DNA of 64,000 bases from Acidobacteriota bacterium (GTDB lineage: Bacteria; Acidobacteriota; Vicinamibacteria; Vicinamibacterales; JAFNAJ01): positions 4,900 to 68,899 of the forward strand of contig JAHDVP010000029.1 in the NCBI GenBank assembly GCA_023384575.1, read 5' to 3'. Made by a program: the position numbers and the translations under genes. Below the pieces are notes generated by a model. It was given only the letters and a program-made list of their open reading frames with translations. It was not told the origin of the DNA and ran no database searches. This document shows positions 53,454 to 61,849 of the stretch, piece by piece. Every line of letters begins with the position of its first letter. Within the stretch, counting starts at the first letter, position 1.

Positions 53454-53569
53454 GTCGGCATCCCGACACCCCCACGGATTCCTTTCCGGCTCGCGACCGG
53501 AGGGAATCTGTGGGCGTCGGAATCCCGACGTCGGCGACGCCGGCGCGACAGCTTGTGCGGGGAACGCCC

Positions 53570-54193
53570 ATGCCCATGATTCTCCTCGACGGTCACCCAC
53601 TCACCGTCGATGCCGATGCGACCTCATCCTGGGGACGACTGCTCGAGACCGTCGACCGTCAGCTCAGCCCCAGCCAGCTCATCGTCACCGATGTCAGCTT
53701 CGACGGCATCGACGAACCGGCCTTCCGCGACCCGGCCGTCCTCGGCAGGCAACTGGCCGATCTCGCCACGGTCGCCATCGGCTCAGGAACCCCCGCCGAG
53801 CTGATGACCCGGTGCCTCGGCGACGCGGTGGCGGCCATCGACCCGCTCTGTCAGGCCAGCCTCGCGGTGGGCGAGCTCTTCCGCGGGACCGACCTCGCCA
53901 GCGCCAATCGGGGACTCGTCGAGGTAGCCGAGGGGCTCACGACGCTCACCAGCATCGTCGGCGCGGCAGGGCTGGCCTTGAAGGTCGACCTGAACGACGT
54001 GGCCTACGGCGACCGCAGCGCCCTGGCCGCCGTCAACGAGTTGACCGCGTTGGTCGAACAGGTCATCGGGGCCCAGCAGCGCGCCGACTGGATCGCCCTC
54101 GCCGACATCCTTCAGTACGACATCGAACCCGCCCTGCGCGGCTGGGGGCCGCTGCTCGAAACGTTCGTCCGCCCGGTCGCGCCGGTCGCCTGA
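53570..54193 (+). CDS. hypothetical protein (207 aa), first gene of the glycosylation/stator gene string
   Basis: Internal ATG of ORF 53357..54193. Coding-like codon bias. I recognise no motif. Confidence 0.55.
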   Translation: MPMILLDGHPLTVDADATSSWGRLLETVDRQLSPSQLIVTDVSFDGIDEPAFRDPAVLGRQLADLATVAIGSGTPAELMTRCLGDAVAAIDPLCQASLAVGELFRGTDLASANRGLVEVAEGLTTLTSIVGAAGLALKVDLNDVAYGDRSALAAVNELTALVEQVIGAQQRADWIALADILQYDIEPALRGWGPLLETFVRPVAPVA

Positions 54194-54238
54194 TCGGCGT
54201 CCGCTCCGGTCGCGGTAGAATCGGCGCGGTCCTTCGCG

Positions 54239-55420
54239 ATGTCCTCGAGCGTCCCGCTTCCGTTCGTTCCGTTCGTCCGGCCGGCCATCACCGACGCCGA
54301 GATCGAAGATCTCGTGGCGGTGCTGAGATCGGGGTGGCTGACGACCGGGCCCCAGGTGAAGGAGTTCGAGGCGAGGTTCGCCGACTACGTCGGGGCCGCG
54401 CACGCGGTGGCGGTCAACTCCTGCACCGCGGCGTTGCACCTGTCGTTGCTGTCGGCGGGTGTCGGGCCAGGCGACGAGGTCGTCACGACGCCGCTCACCT
54501 TCTGCTCGACGGCGAACGTGATTCTGCACGCGGGGGCGACCCCGGTGTTCGCCGACGTCGATCCGGGCTCAATGAACCTCGATCCTGCCGCAGCCGCCGA
54601 GGCGATCACGCCCAGGACGAAGCTGCTGCTGCCCGTGCACCTGGGGGGAAGGCCGGCCGACATCCCGTCGTTCCGGACGCTGGCCGCCAGGCGGGGCCTC
54701 ACGTTGGTCGAGGACGCGGCGCACTGCGTCGAAGGGTGGGTCGCCGGGGAGAAAGTCGGGACGACCGCCGACTACTCCTGCTTCAGCTTCTACGCTACGA
54801 AGAACCTCACAACCGGCGAAGGCGGCATGGTGACGACAGCCGACGAGGCGGCGGCGCGGTGGATGCGCATCGCCGCGCTCCATGGCATGAGCCGCGACGC
54901 CTGGGCGCGCTACGGCCGGGGGGGCACGGCCTTTTACGACGTCGTCACGCCGGGGTTCAAGTACAACATGATGGACCTGCAGGCCGCCCTCGGCCTCCGT
55001 CAGTTGCAGCGGCTCGCGGAGATGCAGACCCGGCGTGCCGCGGTGTGGGAGTACTACGACGATCAGCTGGCCGAGCTGCCCTTGCGGCGCCCGCCGCCGG
55101 TGCCAGCCGGCGACGTCCACGCTCGACATCTTTATATGGTGCTCGTCGACGAGCGAGAAGCGGCCATGACCCGCGACGAGCTGTACGAAGGGCTCGCCGG
55201 CCTGGGGGTCGGCGCGAGCGTGCACTTCAGGGCGGTTCACCTGCATTCGTATTATCGCGACCGGTTCGGGTTCGAACCCGGCCAGTTCCCGCACGCCGAG
55301 TCGATTTCGAGCCGGACGTTGTCACTGCCGCTCTCGGGAGCGACGACCGATCAGGACGCCGAGCGCGTCGTCGCGGCCCTGCGGCAACTGCTGTCGCGGG
55401 CCCGCCGGAGTCGCGGCTGA
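54239..55420 (+). CDS. DegT/DnrJ/EryC1/StrS-family PLP-dependent sugar aminotransferase (PseC/SpsC-like)
   Basis: FVRPAITDAEIEDLVAVLRSGWLTTGPQVKEFE...AVNSCTAALHLSLL...SFYATKNLTTGEGG (Lys for PLP). Confidence 0.85.
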   Translation: MSSSVPLPFVPFVRPAITDAEIEDLVAVLRSGWLTTGPQVKEFEARFADYVGAAHAVAVNSCTAALHLSLLSAGVGPGDEVVTTPLTFCSTANVILHAGATPVFADVDPGSMNLDPAAAAEAITPRTKLLLPVHLGGRPADIPSFRTLAARRGLTLVEDAAHCVEGWVAGEKVGTTADYSCFSFYATKNLTTGEGGMVTTADEAAARWMRIAALHGMSRDAWARYGRGGTAFYDVVTPGFKYNMMDLQAALGLRQLQRLAEMQTRRAAVWEYYDDQLAELPLRRPPPVPAGDVHARHLYMVLVDEREAAMTRDELYEGLAGLGVGASVHFRAVHLHSYYRDRFGFEPGQFPHAESISSRTLSLPLSGATTDQDAERVVAALRQLLSRARRSRG

Positions 55421-56436
55421 TGGCCCGGGTGCGAGCGGGCCAGCTCCGCACGCGCCTGGCGGTTGTCTTTCGCGTGGCGGCCGGTCCGCGACAGGGGTAC
55501 GGCCATCTCGTCCGGTCGCGGCGGCTCGCGCACGCCCTCGGGGTACCGTGGGTGGTGTCGATTCGAGGCGGTCCGGCCGCGAGAGACGTGGCGTGGGCGC
55601 TCGGGGGCCTTGTCGACGAACGCCCCGTGCGGGACCTGATCGACGAGAGGCGTCCCGCGGTGCTGGTCGTCGACGATCCGGCCCGAGCCCCCGCCGAGGC
55701 GGTCATTCGGCTCGCCCGGCGCGCTGGCGTGGCGACCCTGGGCCTCCACGACCTCGGGCTTGGCTGTCTCGACGCCGACGTGGTCGTCGACGGCAGTCTG
55801 CCCGGCGGACCGGCGCTCGCCCGGGTCGAGGCCCGGAGGAGGCGAACCGGCCCACGCTACGCGGTGGTCGACCCGTACACCTGCGACGTTCGCCGGCGGG
55901 TCGACCGCCGACCACGCTGGGACATCGTGGTCTCGCTCGGCGGGGGAGGGCGCGCGACGCTCGCGCTGGCAGTGGCCCGTCGACTGGCTCAGAGAAGCCC
56001 CGCCGCTCGCGTGGTGGTCACGACCGGATTCGTGGAGAGGCCCGGCAACTCCGCCCCCGTCGGCGTGGTGTGGTGGCCGCGGGGCCGTTCGATCGTGCGC
56101 GCGATCGCCAGCGCACGGGTGGCCGTGCTCGGTGGAGGAGTGACGGCCTACGAGGCCGCGGCGCTCGGCGTCCCGGCCGTCCTCGTGGATGTCGTGAGAG
56201 CCCAGCGTCCGACCGTGCGGGCATTTGCGCGGTGTGGGGCCGCCGTCGCCGGTGGGTCCATCACCAGAAGGGTCACGGGGGCCGCCCTCGAACGCCTGGT
56301 CGCCCGCGTCGAACGGCTGCTCCGGTCGCCCGCCCGGCAGCGAGCCATGGCCGCCGCAGGCCGGTCCCTCGTCGACGGCCGCGGCGCCGTCCGCGTCGCC
56401 GCGCTCGTTCGGCGTCTGGCTGGAGGCCGGCGATGA
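55420..56436 (+). CDS. PseG/SpsG-like UDP-sugar hydrolase (GT-B fold, glycosyltransferase 28 C-terminal-like)
   Basis: Internal ATG of ORF 53812..56436 overlapping the upstream stop. VVFRVAAGPRQGYGHLVRSRRLAHAL matches the PseG N-terminal G-x-GH-x-x-R pattern. C-terminal GGGVTAYEAAALGVPAV. Confidence 0.65.
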   Translation: MARVRAGQLRTRLAVVFRVAAGPRQGYGHLVRSRRLAHALGVPWVVSIRGGPAARDVAWALGGLVDERPVRDLIDERRPAVLVVDDPARAPAEAVIRLARRAGVATLGLHDLGLGCLDADVVVDGSLPGGPALARVEARRRRTGPRYAVVDPYTCDVRRRVDRRPRWDIVVSLGGGGRATLALAVARRLAQRSPAARVVVTTGFVERPGNSAPVGVVWWPRGRSIVRAIASARVAVLGGGVTAYEAAALGVPAVLVDVVRAQRPTVRAFARCGAAVAGGSITRRVTGAALERLVARVERLLRSPARQRAMAAAGRSLVDGRGAVRVAALVRRLAGGRR

Positions 56437-57125
56437 CGCGTTGTCGCGCGGTGCTGTTCGACATGGACGACACGTTGTACCCGGAGCGACGGTTCGCGTT
56501 GAGCGGGTTTCGGGCCGTCGCGCACGAGGTCGAACGTCGAGTCGACGTGCCGGCGCGAGAGGTGTTCGCCGAGCTGCGCCGGGCGCTCAGCGACGGCGCG
56601 CGAGCCGCCGCCTTTCAGCGAGTGTGCGGCCGTTTCGCCCTCGATCCGACGATCGTCCCCGACCTCGTGCGGGTGCTGCGGACGCACCCGGCCCGGCTGC
56701 GGCTGCCGCGAGAGGCCGAGCGTCTGCTGGTGAGGCTCCGCTCCCGCTTCCGGCTCGCGATCGTCACCAACGGGCCCGTCGAGATGCAGCGGAGCAAGGT
56801 CGAGGCGCTCGGACTGCGACGCCTGGTCGACGAGGTCATCTACGCCGTCGAACACGGAGGCGTCGGCAAGCCCGACGCGGCGCCCTTTCTCGCGGCGCTC
56901 GACCGCCTCGATGTGGAGGTCGATCGTGCGGTCCACGTTGGTGATGATCCCGAGCGCGATGTGGCCGGCGGTCGGGCCGTCGGCCTGAAGACGGTACGCG
57001 TGCGCTGGCTGACGCGCGATCGATTCCAGCCGACGCCGGAGGACGAAGCCGATGAGGTCGTGGACCGCCTCGATGAGGTGCCAGCGGCGCTCGACCGGCT
57101 CTGCGGAGGAGACGATGCTGCTTGA
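56433..57125 (+). CDS. HAD-superfamily hydrolase/phosphatase
   Basis: ATGA overlap with the upstream gene. Motif I VLFDMDDTLY; later IVTNG; GKPDAAPF; VGDDPERDV. Confidence 0.8.
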   Translation: MTRCRAVLFDMDDTLYPERRFALSGFRAVAHEVERRVDVPAREVFAELRRALSDGARAAAFQRVCGRFALDPTIVPDLVRVLRTHPARLRLPREAERLLVRLRSRFRLAIVTNGPVEMQRSKVEALGLRRLVDEVIYAVEHGGVGKPDAAPFLAALDRLDVEVDRAVHVGDDPERDVAGGRAVGLKTVRVRWLTRDRFQPTPEDEADEVVDRLDEVPAALDRLCGGDDAA

Positions 57126-58164
57126 GATTGCCGGCCGCGAGATCGCGGCGGGGCACCCGCTCTTCGTCGTGGCCGAGATCGGGCTCAACCACGGCGGGCA
57201 CCTCGACGCGGCCCTGGCGCTGGTCGACGCGGCGGCGGCGGCCGGCGCCGCGGCCGTGAAGCTGCAGACGCTGCACGCAGAGCGGCTGGTGGCGCCGTCG
57301 TGTCCGCCGCCGCAGCACGTGCGCGCCGCGTCGCTCGTCGACTTCTTCCGCCAGTTCGAACTCGACGAGGAGGCGCACCGGGCCGTGGCCGCCCGCGCGC
57401 GTTCCGGGGGCCTCGCGTTCATCTCCACGCCGTTTGACGAAGCGGCCGTCGAGCTGCTCGAGCGCGTCGGGTGCGACGCGTTCAAGATCGCGAGCGGCGA
57501 CCTCACCCACCTGCAGCTCGTCGAGCGGGTCGCTCGTTCGCGGCGGCCGATGATCCTGTCGACGGGCATGGCCGAGCTCGAGGAGGTGGGCGAGGCGCTC
57601 GAGTGCGCGCGCGGGGCGGGTGCCGTCGAGCTGGCCATCCTGCACTGCGTGTCGGCCTATCCCGTTCCCGCGGGACACGAGAACCTGGCGGCGATCTCCA
57701 CGCTCGCGCGGACGTTCGGGGTGCCCGTGGGCCTGTCCGACCACGGCGTCGACGAGCTGGCGCCCGCGATCACCGTGGCTCTTGGCGGCGCAATCTACGA
57801 GCGGCACATCGTCGCCGCCGACGGCGTCGGCGCCGTCGACCAGGCCGTGTCGTCGACGCCGGCCGGCCTGGCCCGGGCGATCGCGCTCGCCGAGCGGGCG
57901 CGCCGGGCGATTGGCGACGGGCGGAAGACCTGCCTGCCGATCGAGGAGCCCAATCGCGTCCCGTCGCGGCGGGCCCTCTACGCCAGCCGGCCCATCCCCG
58001 TCGGAACCGTTCTCGAGGCCACCGACCTCGTCGCCCTGCGTCCGCTCGCGGGAATCGATGCCCGCTTGTGGCGGTCGGTCATCGGGCAGACGGCGGTCCG
58101 TCCGGTGGCACCCGGAACCCCGGTGCAGGCCGATGACCTGGGAGGGAGCCCATGCGGCGCCTGA
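57115..58164 (+). CDS. NeuB-family nonulosonic acid synthase (pseudaminic/legionaminic/N-acetylneuraminic acid synthase-like) with SAF domain
   Basis: Internal ATG preceded by GGAGGAG. PLFVVAEIGLNHGGHLDAALALVDAAAAAGAAAVKLQT...FKIASGDLTHLQL...MILSTGMA...LHCVSAYP. The C-terminal segment is SAF-like. Confidence 0.85.
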   Translation: MLLEIAGREIAAGHPLFVVAEIGLNHGGHLDAALALVDAAAAAGAAAVKLQTLHAERLVAPSCPPPQHVRAASLVDFFRQFELDEEAHRAVAARARSGGLAFISTPFDEAAVELLERVGCDAFKIASGDLTHLQLVERVARSRRPMILSTGMAELEEVGEALECARGAGAVELAILHCVSAYPVPAGHENLAAISTLARTFGVPVGLSDHGVDELAPAITVALGGAIYERHIVAADGVGAVDQAVSSTPAGLARAIALAERARRAIGDGRKTCLPIEEPNRVPSRRALYASRPIPVGTVLEATDLVALRPLAGIDARLWRSVIGQTAVRPVAPGTPVQADDLGGSPCGA

Positions 58165-59165
58165 ATGTCCTCGTGACGGCGGCGTCGCGACGGGTGGCCC
58201 TCGTCAGGGCCTTCAAGCGGGCGCTCTCCCGCCTGGGCGTCCAGGGCGAGGTGCTCGTCACCGACGTCAACCCGCTCTCGCCCGCGGTGCACGTCGCCGA
58301 CCGCGCCATCCGCGTGCCCCTCGCGACGGATCCCGACTACATCGGCTGTCTCCGCGCCATTTGCCGCCGGGAATCGGTCGGTCTCCTAATCCCGACCATC
58401 GACGACGAGCTCGTGGCGTTTGGCAGCGCCCTCGAGGCGTTCGCCTCCGACGGCGTGGCCGTCTCGGCCTCGCCGCTCCTCACGGCGGAGATCTGCAACG
58501 ACAAGCTGCGCACCTGCCGTCACCTGCGTGAGCACGGTGTGGCGGCAGCCGAGTCGTGCTCACCCGACGACCTCCCGGCCGACCCGCAGTTCCCGCTCTT
58601 CGTGAAGCCTCGGGGCGGCCGGGGCGGGATTGGGGCCTATGTCGTGCGAAATGCCAGGGAGCTCGACTTCTTCACGGGCTACGTGGCCAATCCCGTGGTG
58701 CAGACCTATCTCGACGGACCGGAGTTCACGCTCGACCTGCTGTGCGATTTCGACGGGCGTGCCCTCGCGGTGGTACCGCGCGAGCGGGTCGTCATCAGGG
58801 CCGGCGTCATCGACCGGGGCCGCACCGTGCGCGACGAGTCGCTCATCGGCCTGGCGCTCGCGTGTGCGGGCGTTCTGCCGTTCCGCGGTGCCGTCAACAT
58901 TCAGTGCCGCGTGGTCGACGGGACGCCGACCGTCTTCGAGATCAACCCGCGGTTCTCCGGCGGGATTCCCCTCACGATCGAGGCCGGGGCCGACTTCCCA
59001 CGCTGGCTGGTCGAGCTCGCGCTCGGGCGGCCGGTGGTCCCGGCGATCGGGCAGTTCACCGACGGTCTCTGGATGACGGCGTACGAATCGGCCATCTTCC
59101 TGGCCGCTCACCGCCTCGACTCGCTCGAGCACCCCGCGACGCCAGGACGCGAGCCCGTCGGCTGA
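58152..59165 (+). CDS. ATP-grasp domain protein
   Basis: RRLNVLVTAASRRVALVRAFK...NDKLRTCRHLREHGV...FPLFVKPRGGRGGIG...FEINPRFSGG. Confidence 0.75.
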   Translation: MRRLNVLVTAASRRVALVRAFKRALSRLGVQGEVLVTDVNPLSPAVHVADRAIRVPLATDPDYIGCLRAICRRESVGLLIPTIDDELVAFGSALEAFASDGVAVSASPLLTAEICNDKLRTCRHLREHGVAAAESCSPDDLPADPQFPLFVKPRGGRGGIGAYVVRNARELDFFTGYVANPVVQTYLDGPEFTLDLLCDFDGRALAVVPRERVVIRAGVIDRGRTVRDESLIGLALACAGVLPFRGAVNIQCRVVDGTPTVFEINPRFSGGIPLTIEAGADFPRWLVELALGRPVVPAIGQFTDGLWMTAYESAIFLAAHRLDSLEHPATPGREPVG

Positions 59166-59869
59166 TGGGTGCGACGACCCCGGTGCTCGTCGTCCTGCAG
59201 GCGCGCATGGGGTCGACGCGACTGCCGGGCAAGGTCCTGCGGCCTCTCGCAGGGCACACCTTGCTGTCGCATTGTGTCCGCCGGCTCGTGGCGGCCGATG
59301 TCGGCCCAGTCGTCGTCGCGACGACGCGGCGCGACGAAGACGATGCCGTGGTCGACGAGGCGAGGCGGCTGGGCGTGGCCTGGGCCCGGGGGGCTGACGC
59401 GGATGTGCTGCAGCGGTTCGCGCTCGTGGCCGATTTGTGGAACGCGGAGGTCGTGATTCGGGCCACGGCCGACAACCCGGTCGTCGATGTCGGGGCGCCC
59501 GCGCGGGCGCTGCAGTGGATGGCGGCGGGTGCCGATTACGTCGTGGAAGACGGGCTGCCCGTGGGCGCGGCGGTAGAGGTCATGAGACGCAGTGTCCTGG
59601 ATCGAGCGCATCGCGAGGCGACGACGGCCCACGATCGTGAGCACGTCACGCCGTACGTGAAGGCGCGACCGGACGAGTTTCGAATCGAGAGGCCGGCGGT
59701 TCCGGCCGCCCTCAGCCGATCGGACCTGCGGCTGACGGTCGACACGCGATCCGACCTGATCTTCGTGGAGCGGGTGCTCGAGGCGGCAGGCGGCGAGGCG
59801 GCGCTGGTGCCGCTCGCCCGCGTCATCGAGCACGCCGTGCGGCTGACGCGGCCCCTGGAGGAGTCATGA
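59165..59869 (+). CDS. cytidylyltransferase (SpsF/PseF-type CMP-sugar synthetase family)
   Basis: Internal ATG of ORF 58556..59869. VLVVLQARMGSTRLPGKVLRPLAGHTLL...RATADNPVVD...REHVTPYV. Confidence 0.75.
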   Translation: MGATTPVLVVLQARMGSTRLPGKVLRPLAGHTLLSHCVRRLVAADVGPVVVATTRRDEDDAVVDEARRLGVAWARGADADVLQRFALVADLWNAEVVIRATADNPVVDVGAPARALQWMAAGADYVVEDGLPVGAAVEVMRRSVLDRAHREATTAHDREHVTPYVKARPDEFRIERPAVPAALSRSDLRLTVDTRSDLIFVERVLEAAGGEAALVPLARVIEHAVRLTRPLEES

Positions 59870-60114
59870 TTCCCGTCACGCGGCTCGACGGCACGCCGAT
59901 GATCGTGAACACCGAGCAGGTGGCCTGGATCGAGTACGTTCCGGACACGGTGATCGCGCTCATGAACGGCGAGAAGCTCATCGTGCGGGAGTCGCCCGAG
60001 ACCATCGTCGAGCGCGTCAGGGACTTCAAGCGGGCCGTGAGCAGCGGCGGGCGGGTGCTGTCCCACCCGGCGCTCGGCGTGGTCGAACCGGCGGCGAAGG
60101 GAGAGGAGTGGTGA
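59866..60114 (+). CDS. flbD: flagellar protein FlbD
   Basis: MIPVTRLDGTPMIVNTEQVAWIEYVPDTVIALMNGEKLIVRESPETIVERV. ATGA overlap with the cytidylyltransferase gene. Position before motA. Confidence 0.85.
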   Translation: MIPVTRLDGTPMIVNTEQVAWIEYVPDTVIALMNGEKLIVRESPETIVERVRDFKRAVSSGGRVLSHPALGVVEPAAKGEEW

Positions 60115-60914
60115 ACCGCAAGCGACGATTCGATCTGACGTCGGTGATCGGCGTGCCGATCGGGTTGGGGTTCATCCTCGTGGGACAGATCCTCGAGGGG
60201 GGCACCGTCGCGTCGATCCTCCAGGTGACGGCGGCGGTCATCGTCTTCGGCGGGACTCTCGGCGCCGTGCTCCTCGGATTCTCGACGACCGACGTCAGGC
60301 AGGCGTGGCGGGCCCTTCCCGACGTGTTCCTCGATCGCGAGCCGCCGACTCAGGAGACCATCGCCCAGATCACGCGCTTCGCCGTCAAGGCCCGCAAGGA
60401 CGGCATCATGTCGCTCGAAGACGACGTCGACAGGCTGTCGGACTCGTTTCTGCGACGCGGGCTCTCGCTGGCCGTCGACGGCACGAGTCCCAACACGCTG
60501 CGGTCGATGCTCGAGAACGAGAGCGCCTCGCGCGACGACCTCGAAGAGGTCCCGGCCAAGGTGTACGAGTCCGCGGGCGGGTACGCGCCGACCATCGGGA
60601 TCCTGGGCGCGGTGCTGGGCCTGATTCACGTGATGGAGAACCTCTCGGATCCGACGAAGCTCGGCGCGGGCATCGCCGTGGCGTTCGTCGCCACCGTGTA
60701 CGGCGTCGGGTCGGCCAACCTGATCTTCCTGCCGATCGCGACCAAGCTGCGGGCCAAGGCGCGCCGGTCGGCGAAGCGTCGCGAACTCGTCGTTGAAGGC
60801 ATTCTCGCCATCCAGGAAGGCATGAACCCGCGGCTCATCGACCAGAAGCTGCACGGCCTCCTGGGCGTCGACGTGCCCGCCAAGGGCACCCGCGCCGAGA
60901 GCAAGGCGGCGTGA
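60108..60914 (+). CDS. motA: flagellar stator protein MotA
   Basis: Four TM helices. GYAPTIGILGAVLGLIHVMENL...GAGIAVAFVATVYGVGSANLIFLPIA. Confidence 0.92.
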   Translation: MVNRKRRFDLTSVIGVPIGLGFILVGQILEGGTVASILQVTAAVIVFGGTLGAVLLGFSTTDVRQAWRALPDVFLDREPPTQETIAQITRFAVKARKDGIMSLEDDVDRLSDSFLRRGLSLAVDGTSPNTLRSMLENESASRDDLEEVPAKVYESAGGYAPTIGILGAVLGLIHVMENLSDPTKLGAGIAVAFVATVYGVGSANLIFLPIATKLRAKARRSAKRRELVVEGILAIQEGMNPRLIDQKLHGLLGVDVPAKGTRAESKAA

Positions 60915-60917
60915 CGC

Positions 60918-61745
60918 ATGAAACGCCGACGCAAACCCGAACCGCACCTCAGCCACGAGCGGTGGCTCGTGTCGTACGCCGACTTCATCACGTTGCTCTT
61001 CGCGTTTTTCACGACGATGTACGCCATCTCCACGGTCGACGCTCAGAAGCTCAACCAGATGGTCGAGTCGATGCAGGCGGCGTTCACGAAGGGCTCGTCG
61101 CCTGTTGGTGGCGCAGGTGGCGGGTCGGAGTCGGGTGTCGGCCCGGCACGGATCCCCGCGCCGCCACGCACGTGGACGCCGCCCGCCAGTGGCCAGAAGG
61201 ACGAGGCCTCGGTCGAGGAAGTGCGAGCGCGTCTCGCCATGGAACTCGACCAGCAGATCGATCAGGGACTCGTCCAGATCGAGATCGATCCGCGCGGCCT
61301 GGTCGTGTCGATTCGTGAGGCCGGCAGCTTTGCCACCGGCCGCGCCGACCTGTCGACCGTCGCGCAGGCACTGCTCGTGAGCGTCGCGGCCGGGTTGCGT
61401 GACGTCGGCAACTTCGTGCGCGTCGAAGGGCACACCGACAACGTGCCCATCCACACCGATCGGTTCCGCTCCAACTGGGAGCTCTCGACCGCGCGAGCGA
61501 CCAACGTCGTCGCGTTCTTCCTCGACCAGGGCCTCGAGCCGGGGCGCCTGTCGGCGGCGGGGTACGCGGAATACCACCCGCGGGTGCCGAACGACGCCGA
61601 CGGCAACCGCGCCCGGAACCGTCGCATCGACGTCGTCGTGCTGAACCCTCAGACCAGCCGGCGAGAGGAGCCAGGGGCACAGGCCAGCTTCACGCCGTCG
61701 ACCTCGGCCGACACGTCGAGCTCGGTTGCCCGCGGTCTGCCCTGA
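60918..61745 (+). CDS. motB: flagellar stator protein MotB (OmpA-like C-terminal domain)
   Basis: ERWLVSYADFITLLFAFF (plug/TM with conserved Asp). C-terminal VEGHTDNVPI...SNWELSTARATNV...NRARNRRIDVVV. Confidence 0.92.
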   Translation: MKRRRKPEPHLSHERWLVSYADFITLLFAFFTTMYAISTVDAQKLNQMVESMQAAFTKGSSPVGGAGGGSESGVGPARIPAPPRTWTPPASGQKDEASVEEVRARLAMELDQQIDQGLVQIEIDPRGLVVSIREAGSFATGRADLSTVAQALLVSVAAGLRDVGNFVRVEGHTDNVPIHTDRFRSNWELSTARATNVVAFFLDQGLEPGRLSAAGYAEYHPRVPNDADGNRARNRRIDVVVLNPQTSRREEPGAQASFTPSTSADTSSSVARGLP

Positions 61746-61849
61746 GCCGCAGACCGCCTGCCCCCGCGATCCGATTCGACGCTGGGCCGCCAGCCTGAAG
61801 CCGGTGGCCGCCAGCCAGGTTTCCGAATCAGGGGTAATATCGGCGCTGC

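Noticed and set aside
53812-56436. 874-aa plus-strand ORF, and similar long 5' extensions in ORFs 55548..57125, 58556..59869, 22795..23913, 1773..3098, 33795..35030, 38763..39719 and 47645..48856
   Set aside because: Only the 3' portion of each matches a protein family. The upstream part is an alternative frame running over the preceding real gene and is Arg/Pro/Gly-rich. Internal start codons that overlap the upstream stop codon give sensible gene boundaries.
59531-59538. GCCGATTA (sigma-28 -10-like) inside the cytidylyltransferase gene, considered as a promoter for flbD-motAB
   Set aside because: There is no TAAA-like -35 element 15-16 nt upstream (the sequence there is CTGCAG...). A single 8-mer inside coding DNA is not sufficient.
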